Positions 33,685-42,458 of a stretch of 64,000 nt of DNA are shown here, piece after piece. This stretch comes from a virus. How positions within the stretch are numbered: the stretch's first letter is position 1; each line of letters starts with the position of its first letter. The stretch is from positions 15,132-79,131 of IMG/VR virus record IMGVR_UViG_3300028800_000074; one strand, 5' to 3'. The notes below the pieces were generated by a model. It ran no database searches. It saw only the letters and a list, made by a program, of their open reading frames with translations, and was not told the DNA's origin. The translations under genes were made by a program, and so were the position numbers.

Positions 33685-35689
33685 TCAGCTTTCATTCGAG
33701 CTAGGCCTCGACCCCTCTCAGTTTGAAGAGGGATTGAAGAAGGCTGTCCAAGCCTCGCTGAAGCTGCACGACGAGACGATCAAACACTCGAAGGAAATCC
33801 AGCACGAGGTCGGCGAGAACCTGACCGAGGCTTTCCGCAAGGCGCGTGATCACATCATCGAGTTCACCGCCGCGTTGCTCGGCGCTCGAACCGTGGTCGA
33901 CTTCACGGCCGACACCGTCTCGGCCGGGTCGGCGATGTCCACGCTCTCGACGCAGCTCGGGATGGCTCCCGAGAAGATCAGCGCCTTCCAGATGGCGATG
34001 GAGCGCGTCACCGGTTCGACGCAGGGCGCTACCGCCGCGCTGGTCGCGGTCAACGGCGCGGTCGAGCGCAGCAAGGTGTTCGGCGAAACGCCGGGCCCGT
34101 ACCTCGTCTTCGACAAGGATGCGGACGCGCTCGAAAACATCCTGAAGACCGTCGAGAACCTCAACCATGGGACCGGCGAGGGGACTGGCGACATCCAAGA
34201 CCGCGTCGCCAAGCTTCAATCGGTCGTTCAGGACGCAGGCGTCGCGACGCAACTGATCACCCTCGGCGCAGCTCGCGTCCGCGAGATGATGAAGGACGCG
34301 GGGCCGAACGTCTGGACCCAGAAGCAGGTCGACGACGCGAACAAGCTCCTCGATAGCTGGGTGCAGCTCAAGGGCGCAGCGACCAGCTTTGCCCGCTCAA
34401 TCCTTGGAGACGTCGAGCCCGCGCTCAGCGCGCTCCTACTCGATCTCAAGAGCCTCTTCGACGCAAACCGGGAGGGGATCAAGGACTGGGTCGGCGACAA
34501 GATCAAAGCCATCGACGAGTGGATCAAGACGCCGGGCTGGCAAAAGGTCGCCGACGACTTCGAAGAGCACCTTCGGCAGATCAACGCCATCGTGAAGGCC
34601 ATAGGAGGCTGGCAGACAGCCATTGAGGCTCTGGCCGCCCTCTTCATCGCCGACAAGATCGCCAACGTCGTGCTGGGCCTCATCGCCATTGCCCGGGCGC
34701 TCGCCTTGATCTCCGGCGTCAGCGCACTATCTGCGGTCTTTGGAGGAGGGGTCGCCGCAACCGCAGCCAAGGGCGCAGGCGGCGCAGGATTGATGTCGAT
34801 GATCTGGCAGGGAATCAAGAACGGCTCAATCGCTGTTGGCGGCCTCGCGGCTCTGGCGGCTGGCTCGTTGGTCTACGGCGACATCAGCGGGCAGCAGGGC
34901 TTCATGAAGAAGTTCTACGCCAACGAGCCTATGACGCCAAAGGAGGAGGCCGACCTCCACACGTGGATCGACGCTCAGATCGGCGCTAAGATCGGCGGCA
35001 ACTCTGGCCCTCACCCGCGCAACGCTGAAGTCGCAATCACCGCCGACGGTCGCCCAGTGACGACGTCGAGCCCGCTCCCCGTCATCTCCGTCAGCCCGAC
35101 CGACTCGCTCGGGATCATCCCGTTCCAGTCGGGAAGCTCATCGAGCGGCTCCGACTCATCGTCAGACTCTTCGCCGATCACCGTCGTCAAAGACGCGGCC
35201 CACTCGGTCGTCAACGCGGCGAAGAACTTCGGCAATTGGCTGATCGGCGGCGACAAGGCCAAGGCCTCGACGGGCCCGGCGTCATCAAGACCGGCGTTCC
35301 CCGTTTCACCGTCAGGGCCGCACCCGAGAAATCAACCGGCTTCAACAACCGGTGCTGGCTTCACCTATGAGACGCGTCCCGAGGCGACGCCTCTTCCGCC
35401 CGGGGCCGCGCCGAGGTCCGACAGCAACACCGTCGAGTATCACGGCAAGCACTATCATCAGAACGCCGACGGCACGCTCGGCGCGGAAGTCCATGCTTGG
35501 ATGCAGAGCAGCACCCGCTACGCGAGCGAGATGCATGCCCACGCCGGAGACCGTTCGAAGAGCGTCTCGATTGCGGCGCTGCATATCCACGGCTCGTCGA
35601 ACAGCGAAAAGACGTCAGATCGAGACGTGGTGCTTCGAGCGATCAAGCGCGACCTCCTGACGCTCAACATGGACGTCGGTCTTGCCTAA
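33668..35689 (+). CDS. Tape measure protein paralogue 1 (no lysozyme domain)
   Basis: MPTVLDQLSFELGLD start; helical; TM segments; C-terminal I..LHI. Confidence 0.85.
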   Translation: MPTVLDQLSFELGLDPSQFEEGLKKAVQASLKLHDETIKHSKEIQHEVGENLTEAFRKARDHIIEFTAALLGARTVVDFTADTVSAGSAMSTLSTQLGMAPEKISAFQMAMERVTGSTQGATAALVAVNGAVERSKVFGETPGPYLVFDKDADALENILKTVENLNHGTGEGTGDIQDRVAKLQSVVQDAGVATQLITLGAARVREMMKDAGPNVWTQKQVDDANKLLDSWVQLKGAATSFARSILGDVEPALSALLLDLKSLFDANREGIKDWVGDKIKAIDEWIKTPGWQKVADDFEEHLRQINAIVKAIGGWQTAIEALAALFIADKIANVVLGLIAIARALALISGVSALSAVFGGGVAATAAKGAGGAGLMSMIWQGIKNGSIAVGGLAALAAGSLVYGDISGQQGFMKKFYANEPMTPKEEADLHTWIDAQIGAKIGGNSGPHPRNAEVAITADGRPVTTSSPLPVISVSPTDSLGIIPFQSGSSSSGSDSSSDSSPITVVKDAAHSVVNAAKNFGNWLIGGDKAKASTGPASSRPAFPVSPSGPHPRNQPASTTGAGFTYETRPEATPLPPGAAPRSDSNTVEYHGKHYHQNADGTLGAEVHAWMQSSTRYASEMHAHAGDRSKSVSIAALHIHGSSNSEKTSDRDVVLRAIKRDLLTLNMDVGLA

Positions 35690-37949
35690 CGGCATGATCG
35701 AAGCTCTCTACCTTGAGCTTCGGATCGACGACAGCAAGTTCAAGGACGACGAGGATAAGCACGACGCGAAGCTGAAGGCGACGCGCCAGCGCATCGTCCG
35801 CGAAGCCGAGATTGTCGAGGCCGAGATCGCCGCCCGGTTCGCCGAGACTTTCAAAAAGCTCCGAGACGAAGTGCTCGGGGTGTTCGGCATCCTGATCGGC
35901 GCGACGACGATCACGGGGTTTCTCACGTCGACGACCGGGCTTGCGACGTCGCTCGATTTGATCTCGAAGGCGACCGGGGAGTCAGTCCATTCCCTTCACG
36001 CCTTCGATCTTGCCGTGCAGGCTGCGGGCGGCGCTCCCGGCGAGGCGGCCGACTTCATGGCCCGGCTCTCGACCGAGCTGGCAAACCAGCGCGTCCTCAA
36101 TACGCCGATGGCGGACTGGTGGTACAAGTTCGGTCTCGGAGCCGAGCAGGCCAAGAACCCGATTGAGGCCTATCTCAAGCTCGTCGAGAAGGTCGAGCAG
36201 GCGAACCTTTCGCGTCCTGAGAAGTCGGCGGCGCTCCAGTCCCTCGGCATGAGCCCGGCGCTCATTCAGGAAACCCTGAAGGGCTCCGAGCAGGTCAAGG
36301 CCGACATCGCCAAGTTCGGACCCTACGCGCTGACGGACAGAGACGCCGAAGTCGTCGTCAAGATGCGCGAGTCATGGGGCGAGCTTCGGGCCTCCGTCGA
36401 GGGCTTCGCCCGGGCGGTGCTCGGCCTCACCAACGACGACATCGTCGGCATCCTCGACAAGCTGAAGACGTGGGTCGACGAACTGCGCCAGACCGCCCTC
36501 CCATGGCTCCATGAGCGAGCCAAGGAGCTGCGGGACATCATCGACCATATCGACTGGGGGTCGCTGAAGGACGGGATCAGGACCGCAACCCAGAGCATCC
36601 GGAACGTCATCGACGCGCTCGGAGGGTGGAAGTTCGCCACCGAGGTCATCATCGGGCTGCTCGTGGCCAATTCGTTCGCCCCCATCCTTCGGGGCATGCT
36701 GTCCTTGACCGGCGCGCTCGGGATTGGCGGGCCTCTTCTGGCGGCGGCGCTCGCCCTCGGGGCGGCGTTCGAGCTGTATCAGCACCTGAAGGGTGAACAG
36801 ACCCAGCCGAAGCACCCGGCGTCCGGTGTTGGCGCGGGTGACATCCCAAGTCGAGCCGCAGCGCCGGAAGAAGCCACTACGGCGGTCAAGGGCGGCGGTT
36901 TTGCCATCCCCGGGTCCAATGACACGTCCGGAAGCCAAAAGCCGCCAGCGGCCTCCTATGGGGCTCCTGAGGCCTATGGGTCAAAAGGCGTCGAGATGGA
37001 GGTCGGCGGCTCCCCGATCTCGGCCGGGCACCCGATGCCGGTCTACGTGGTCAATCAGGTGACTGCCGAAGACGACGACGCGTGGTCACTCCTGACGAAG
37101 TTCTTCGGCAAGGCCTACGGCGGGGTGACCAATTGGTGGCACGGCGGCAGCAGGTCGAGCGTCGGCGGCGGAGGCGGGGCTGGCCCACGCGACTTCTCCG
37201 GCTACGCAGGGGCTGGCACGGCCGGGTCTGGCCACGGTTTCAATTACGAGGGCGGCCGGAAGCTCTTCGGCATGTTCAAGCTCCTTGGCATGAGCGACGA
37301 GGCGGCGGCCGGGGCGGTCGGCGGCGTCATGGGGGAGTCCTTCACGTCGCTCGACCCGAACGCCTTCCACGCCAACGACGTTCGCCCGGGCATCGGCTCC
37401 GGTGGTCTGGCGCAGTGGAACCGGGAGCGTATCCAAGGCCTCTGGCGCTTCGCCAACGAGGCCGACCCCAGCTTGGGGCTCGATACGAGCGTGATCGACA
37501 ACGATGGCATCCGACGCCAGCTCATGCGCGTGAACGCGGACGTCCAGATGCGCTACATCGTCTGGGAGCTTCAGAATACGGCCGCAGGGCGTAGCACCTT
37601 GGCGAGGCTGCGCTCGACGAAGAGCGTCGGCGAGGCAGCGGCGATCTGGGCGCAGATTTACGAGGGCGCGGTCGGCGGGTCCGAGGGAAGGCGGGCCGAC
37701 TACGGGGCGACCTTTCTCAAGCACATGAACGATTCAATCCGAGCGCCATCGGTGTTCCCGCCCCCGGATGCGTCAAAGACGAAGTCTCTATCCGGCGCGA
37801 TGTCGGCGCTCAGCTACCACCGCTTCGCCGCCGCGCAGGCGATCCATCATCACACCGAGATCGCAAACGTGAGCGTCCACACTCAGGCGACGACGCCGGA
37901 AGCCATCGCGCAGGACATCAGGGTCGCGGTCGAGCGCGAGGTCGCCTGA
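35682..37949 (+). CDS. Tape measure protein paralogue 2 with phage tail lysozyme domain
   Basis: MIEALYLELRID start; GMSDEAAAGAVGGVMGES...LDPNA...GLAQWN..R...Q..YIVWEL. Confidence 0.88.
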   Translation: MPNGMIEALYLELRIDDSKFKDDEDKHDAKLKATRQRIVREAEIVEAEIAARFAETFKKLRDEVLGVFGILIGATTITGFLTSTTGLATSLDLISKATGESVHSLHAFDLAVQAAGGAPGEAADFMARLSTELANQRVLNTPMADWWYKFGLGAEQAKNPIEAYLKLVEKVEQANLSRPEKSAALQSLGMSPALIQETLKGSEQVKADIAKFGPYALTDRDAEVVVKMRESWGELRASVEGFARAVLGLTNDDIVGILDKLKTWVDELRQTALPWLHERAKELRDIIDHIDWGSLKDGIRTATQSIRNVIDALGGWKFATEVIIGLLVANSFAPILRGMLSLTGALGIGGPLLAAALALGAAFELYQHLKGEQTQPKHPASGVGAGDIPSRAAAPEEATTAVKGGGFAIPGSNDTSGSQKPPAASYGAPEAYGSKGVEMEVGGSPISAGHPMPVYVVNQVTAEDDDAWSLLTKFFGKAYGGVTNWWHGGSRSSVGGGGGAGPRDFSGYAGAGTAGSGHGFNYEGGRKLFGMFKLLGMSDEAAAGAVGGVMGESFTSLDPNAFHANDVRPGIGSGGLAQWNRERIQGLWRFANEADPSLGLDTSVIDNDGIRRQLMRVNADVQMRYIVWELQNTAAGRSTLARLRSTKSVGEAAAIWAQIYEGAVGGSEGRRADYGATFLKHMNDSIRAPSVFPPPDASKTKSLSGAMSALSYHRFAAAQAIHHHTEIANVSVHTQATTPEAIAQDIRVAVEREVA

Positions 37950-38063
37950 TCACTTCAGGTGGCTCGCGAGGTAGAGCACGCCTATGAGGACGCCGAGCAT
38001 GAACGGCCCGCGCCCCATGAGCATGATCAGGATGATGACGACGAGCAGGAAGGCGATGATCAT
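37950..38063 (-). CDS. 37-aa hydrophobic membrane protein, antisense within tail operon (not in ORF track)
   Basis: MIIAFLLVVIILIMLMGRGPFMLGVLIGVLYLASHLK; stop abuts the TMP2 stop. Confidence 0.65.
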   Translation of the reverse strand: MIIAFLLVVIILIMLMGRGPFMLGVLIGVLYLASHLK

Positions 38064-38105
38064 GGGCGAAAGGCGTTCACGATGTTAAACACGGGTGTTA
38101 CATAG

Positions 38106-38861
38106 GTGGCCTATGTCGTTCCGCAAGTCCCCGGCGTCCCGCCTCTGACGGGAGGCTTCGCATCGGTCGCGAGCTTCGGCTTCCCGGCCGTGTCGGGCGC
38201 AATCGTGGACATCTCGAACTCGCTGCCGGGGTCGCTCGGGCCGCAGTGGGGCATCTTCCTCAACGGCGCGCCAGTGGTCACCGCCGACGTGGTCGTGGCG
38301 CAGGACTTCCGTGAAGAGTGGGTCATCGCCGACTATCCGATTGAGAACGGCGGCTTCGAGAGCTACGACAAGGTCTGGCGTCCGTTCGACGTCCGGATGA
38401 CGTTCGTCTCCGGCGAGAGCGTGCAGAACCGGGCCGCGCTGATCGACTCGATTGCCGCCATCGCTGGCGACATGAACCTCTATGACTTCGTCACGCCGGA
38501 GGTCATCTATCAGTCGGTCTCCATCGCCCACGACGACTATCACCGCGAGACGACGAGAGGCGCTGGCGCGCTCCCGGTCTCGGTCTGGGGATGGCAGATC
38601 AGCATCAACACGACGAGCGGGCTCACGAACGCCGCGAACTCAGCGCCGGGCGGCAACGACCCGAGCTTCGTCGGCCCGACGCAGGCGACCGATCTCGGCG
38701 CTCCAGCCTATGGCGTATCGCCGACGAACGCGACGAGCGGGTCTCAGGTCGGGACGAGCCTCGGCATCCCCCAGATCGCCGGACCGGCCAGCTACCCGGC
38801 GACCACCAATGGCGTGACGAACGCCCCCTACAATTCAGTCAGCGGGGCGTACAGCCCTTAA
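38106..38861 (+). CDS. Baseplate/tube initiator protein
   Basis: VPQVPGVPPL, QWGIF, IADYPIENGGFESYDKV..P. Confidence 0.82.
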   Translation: MAYVVPQVPGVPPLTGGFASVASFGFPAVSGAIVDISNSLPGSLGPQWGIFLNGAPVVTADVVVAQDFREEWVIADYPIENGGFESYDKVWRPFDVRMTFVSGESVQNRAALIDSIAAIAGDMNLYDFVTPEVIYQSVSIAHDDYHRETTRGAGALPVSVWGWQISINTTSGLTNAANSAPGGNDPSFVGPTQATDLGAPAYGVSPTNATSGSQVGTSLGIPQIAGPASYPATTNGVTNAPYNSVSGAYSP

Positions 38862-38864
38862 GCA

Positions 38865-39233
38865 ATGCTGCTCATCCCCCTCGCCACAGTCCCGAACCAA
38901 ATCCGGACGGTCGTCCTCAACAACCAGCAATGCTCGTTGTCGGTCTATCAGAAGTCGACCGGCATGTTCATGGACATCGTCTCGAACAATAAGATCATCC
39001 TGAGCGGCGTGCTTTGCCGCAACCAGTGCTACCTCGTGATGAACTCCTACTTGGGCTTCATCGGCGACTTCATGTGGGTCGACACGCTCGGCGGCAACGC
39101 CGACCCGGTCTACACCGGCATTGGCGGCCCGACGGCGCGCTTCCAGCTCGTCTACCTCTTCCCGGCCGACATCCCGCCGAACGCCCTCTTCGCTGGCCCT
39201 CAGTCGGCCGAGCTTAATCCGCCTCCGGCCTGA
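38865..39233 (+). CDS. Baseplate plug protein
   Basis: IPL..VPNQ, YLGFIGDF...DT.G..DP.Y.G.G. Confidence 0.82.
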   Translation: MLLIPLATVPNQIRTVVLNNQQCSLSVYQKSTGMFMDIVSNNKIILSGVLCRNQCYLVMNSYLGFIGDFMWVDTLGGNADPVYTGIGGPTARFQLVYLFPADIPPNALFAGPQSAELNPPPA

Positions 39234-39236
39234 TCC

Positions 39237-40157
39237 ATGGCGTGGACGCAGAAGATCATCGTCGCCACCATCGGGTCGGTGACGCTTCAGGGCTTGCGCA
39301 TGTCGGTCGAGATCGATCAGGCGGGCGCGGTCGACGCTGGAGCCACGCTCAACGCGCTCATCATCTACGGCATGACGAAGTCGCAGATGAACCAGCTCTC
39401 GAACGTCGGCAACAAGTGGAACACCTATTCTCAGTTGAACGACAGCCAGAAGCCGACCGTCACCATTCAGGCGGGAGATAAGAACGGCCTTTCCACGATC
39501 TACAGCGGGATCGTCAGCCACGCGATGATCGACGCGATGTCGGAGCCGCAGGTCCGGTTCATCGTCGCAGGCAACGCTCAGGCTGCCGCCGCAAGGAAAG
39601 CGACGAACGTCATCTCTCAGCCGGGCGCGGTGCAGTCTCAGACGCTCTTCCAGCAGATCGCCCAGTCGATGGGCTTTCAACTCGAAAACAATGGCGTGAA
39701 CGCGGTCATCCGCAACCCGTACCTCTGGGGAACGGACATCACGAAGATGCGTCACCTCGCGGAAGCCGCGAAGGCGCAGTGGTGCATCGACACGACGAAG
39801 GGTGTTGTCGCGGTCTGGCCATCGGGAGGCGGAAGGCAAAGTCAGACGCCAACGATCTCGAAGAAGACCGGCATGGTGACGTCGCCGAGCGTGCAGACGA
39901 ACACGATCATCGTGAAGACGCTCTTCAACCCGAGCATCGTGTTCGGCGCTTTTATCAACGTGCAGAGCGACGTCGTCGAGGCGGCGAACGGTCAGTGGAA
40001 CGTCAACGGCATCCACACCGAACTGGATTGCATGGTCCCTCGCGGCCGATGGTTTCAAACCATCAGGGGCGTTAACCCGTCACCAAGCGGAGGGTCGACG
40101 GCGTCGAGCGGGACGGCGTCGGCGGGTAACGCAGCGCCAAGCGGAGCGAACCCGTGA
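39237..40157 (+). CDS. Baseplate hub protein
   Basis: IYGM....MNQL, I.AGD, ENNGV, ISKKTGM..SP, LFNPSI.FG. Confidence 0.85.
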   Translation: MAWTQKIIVATIGSVTLQGLRMSVEIDQAGAVDAGATLNALIIYGMTKSQMNQLSNVGNKWNTYSQLNDSQKPTVTIQAGDKNGLSTIYSGIVSHAMIDAMSEPQVRFIVAGNAQAAAARKATNVISQPGAVQSQTLFQQIAQSMGFQLENNGVNAVIRNPYLWGTDITKMRHLAEAAKAQWCIDTTKGVVAVWPSGGGRQSQTPTISKKTGMVTSPSVQTNTIIVKTLFNPSIVFGAFINVQSDVVEAANGQWNVNGIHTELDCMVPRGRWFQTIRGVNPSPSGGSTASSGTASAGNAAPSGANP

Positions 40158-41371
40158 CGGACGCTGTCGGCTTTGCTGGCCTACCGGAGCTTGGCGGCAC
40201 CGAGCTTTCGGACGCCGTCTTCATCGCCAAGCAGATCATCATGCACGTCAGGACGCTGACGCATGTGAAGGTCACCGCCGTCTACCCCGGCAACTATAAC
40301 CCTACGCCGACCTTCGTCGATGTGACGCCGGTCATCGATCAGGTCAACAGCGAAGGCACGCGGCAGCAGCACGGCACGATCTACCGCATCGCCGTTCCTC
40401 GTATCCACAATGGGTCGAGCGCGATCCTGATGGACCCGGTCGTCGGCGACGTTGGTCCGATGTGGGTCAGCGACCGCGACCACTCTCAAATGATTGCCAA
40501 CAATGGCGGCAGATCAGCGCCGGGCTCTGGCCGGATCATGAGCTTGGCGGACGGCCTCTTCATGGGGAGCCTGTTCGCTCAGAACCCGACAAACTACACT
40601 GACCTTCGGAACGGCAACCACAATTCAACGTCGACGAAGGTCGTCTCGCACAACGTCAGCGGGCCGGACGCCAAGATCGCAGACACGGCGACGAGCGGCT
40701 CGACGACGAACACGAGAACTAACGATCCGAACGCCAAGTCAATCGTCGACCAGTCTTCGACCGGATCAAACGACGCCACGCACACCGTCGACTCGACGAC
40801 GCCAAAGGTTCAGTCGATGGCGACCGACGGTGTCCACACCAGCTCGATTGACGTGACGCCAACGGCCGTAAGCATCGGTGGAGCGCTGGCGACGGCGGCG
40901 GGTGGGATCGGCTCATCGTCGGGCGGCGGAGGGACCGCCAATCTCGCGCCCTCCGACGGCACGACAACGCCGACAGCAGCGCAAATCGGCGGTCGGGTGT
41001 CGTCAGGCCTCCAGACGGTCACGGCAACAGGGGCGTGGCAGACTGTCGCGTCGATCCCGCTCACGGCTGGCTATTGGCTGATCTTCGCGAACATCAGCGT
41101 CTTTGCTGGCGGCGGCGGCGCGACCATGATCGAATTTGACGCCGTCATATCGACGACGTCGGGGAGCCCGTTGTCGATCTCAGGCGAAGTCGGCATCGCC
41201 TTTCAGGACATCAGCATCGTTATGGCCGCTGGCGACGGCTGGCAAAGCCCGCTCGGCGTCACGACGCTCACAATCGCGACGTCGGAAACGCTCTACCTCA
41301 ACGTCTTTGCCGGGGCGAGCGCCGGGACGCTGTCGGCCGAAGGCATCATCACCGCGATCAGGATGGGATAG
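40154..41371 (+). CDS. Baseplate central spike (Gp138-like N-terminus) with extra C-terminal domain
   Basis: VDV.P...Q, DPVVGD.G...SDRD.S, PGS.R. Confidence 0.85.
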   Translation: MTDAVGFAGLPELGGTELSDAVFIAKQIIMHVRTLTHVKVTAVYPGNYNPTPTFVDVTPVIDQVNSEGTRQQHGTIYRIAVPRIHNGSSAILMDPVVGDVGPMWVSDRDHSQMIANNGGRSAPGSGRIMSLADGLFMGSLFAQNPTNYTDLRNGNHNSTSTKVVSHNVSGPDAKIADTATSGSTTNTRTNDPNAKSIVDQSSTGSNDATHTVDSTTPKVQSMATDGVHTSSIDVTPTAVSIGGALATAAGGIGSSSGGGGTANLAPSDGTTTPTAAQIGGRVSSGLQTVTATGAWQTVASIPLTAGYWLIFANISVFAGGGGATMIEFDAVISTTSGSPLSISGEVGIAFQDISIVMAAGDGWQSPLGVTTLTIATSETLYLNVFAGASAGTLSAEGIITAIRMG

Positions 41372-41375
41372 TCGC

Positions 41376-41780
41376 ATGACCGCTTACGCCTCCCTCCTAC
41401 TCGATCTCGTCAACTGGGACTTGTGCGTCGATGCATCGGGGAACATCGCCACCTGCCAAGAGCCCTATCGCCTTGCGCAGGACGCGGCGTGCCAGACCCG
41501 TCTTTGGTCTGGAGAGCTTCGCTACGACACGACGCAGGGTGTGAACTATTCCGGCCTGATCCTCGGCCACTGGTCACCGCCAGCGTTGATCAAGGCGAAC
41601 ATCGCGTTCGAGGCCATGCGCGCGACCGGAGTGGGTAACGCTCAGGTCTACTTCACGGGGTGGAGCAACGCGACGCGTAAACTGACAGGAGTGATCACGG
41701 TCGTCCCCGAGGAGACGACGCCCACGGGCGTGATCCCTCCAATCCCATTCTCCGTGTCGCCTGCGGTGCAGGCTTACTAA
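41376..41780 (+). CDS. Baseplate wedge protein (gp25/W-like)
   Basis: SLLLD..WDL..DASGNIA, AQD.A...RL..GEL.YDTT.GV.Y. Confidence 0.85.
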   Translation: MTAYASLLLDLVNWDLCVDASGNIATCQEPYRLAQDAACQTRLWSGELRYDTTQGVNYSGLILGHWSPPALIKANIAFEAMRATGVGNAQVYFTGWSNATRKLTGVITVVPEETTPTGVIPPIPFSVSPAVQAY

Positions 41781-41801
41781 CCGCCCTCTCGCGCGGGGAA
41801 G

Positions 41802-41841
41802 TGTCGGCGGGTCCGTCGCGAGACTCTCTCTCCCGCCGACA
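41802..41841. other. Intergenic inverted repeat (10-bp perfect stem)
   Basis: TGTCGGCGGG ... CCCGCCGACA. Confidence 0.6.
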
Positions 41842-41871
41842 GCCCTTTCCGAAAAAAATCAGGAGACGATT

Positions 41872-42405
41872 ATGGCTGGACCTACTCTGGTGACGAACCG
41901 CTCTGCCCCGCTTCTGGCTTCAGTCAGGCCGCTCGTTGCGTGGCCTGATCCGAAGGCGATGCCGCAGTTCTACGACGTCGCCGACGAGATCGCGATGGCG
42001 TTCAAGTCCTACGGCGTGACCAAGAACTTCATGCTCGGCGGCCTCGCTCGCGCAGAGCTGGAGTCTTCGCTGAGGCTCGTCGTCGTTGGCGACAAGGACG
42101 CGGCGCAGGGCCCGGCGCACGGCCTCTGGCAGTGGGACTTGGCTCGCTGTGCCGAGATTCACCAGCATCTCGACATCGACATCATCAACGGTGCCTCGGT
42201 CGAGGATCAGGTCAAGTCGGTCATGTGGGAGCTGGAGACGTTCCCCTACTACGGGCTGAAGCAGATTCAGGCCGCGCCGGACCCCAACACGAGCGGCATG
42301 ATGTGGTGCGAGTTCTACGACCGACCCGAGCGGGCGGACGAGCCGACCCGCACCGGCATGGCGGCAGTCAGATGGGCCACGCAGTGGACGTTCCCCGGCT
42401 GGTGA
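41872..42405 (+). CDS. Stand-alone phage tail lysozyme-like protein
   Basis: G.LA.A..ESSL, AHGLWQW...R, ASVEDQV....WEL; same fold signature as the TMP2 domain. Confidence 0.75.
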   Translation: MAGPTLVTNRSAPLLASVRPLVAWPDPKAMPQFYDVADEIAMAFKSYGVTKNFMLGGLARAELESSLRLVVVGDKDAAQGPAHGLWQWDLARCAEIHQHLDIDIINGASVEDQVKSVMWELETFPYYGLKQIQAAPDPNTSGMMWCEFYDRPERADEPTRTGMAAVRWATQWTFPGW

Positions 42406-42458
42406 GCCGGGTCTCAAAATCTACTCAATAATCACTCAGATTTGAGGATTGGCGCTTT

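Noticed and set aside
35000-35335. SGPHPRN repeats in TMP1 as further copies of the cargo tag
   Set aside because: No preceding AxD site and no following G[EQ]W
35670-35700. The two TMP ORFs being one gene split by a sequencing error or joined by a frameshift
   Set aside because: Each has its own TMP-type N- and C-terminus with colinear paralogous motifs, and there is no slippery heptamer at the junction
41802-41858. Hairpin as an intrinsic terminator
   Set aside because: No U-tract directly follows the stem on either strand; kept only as an inverted repeat
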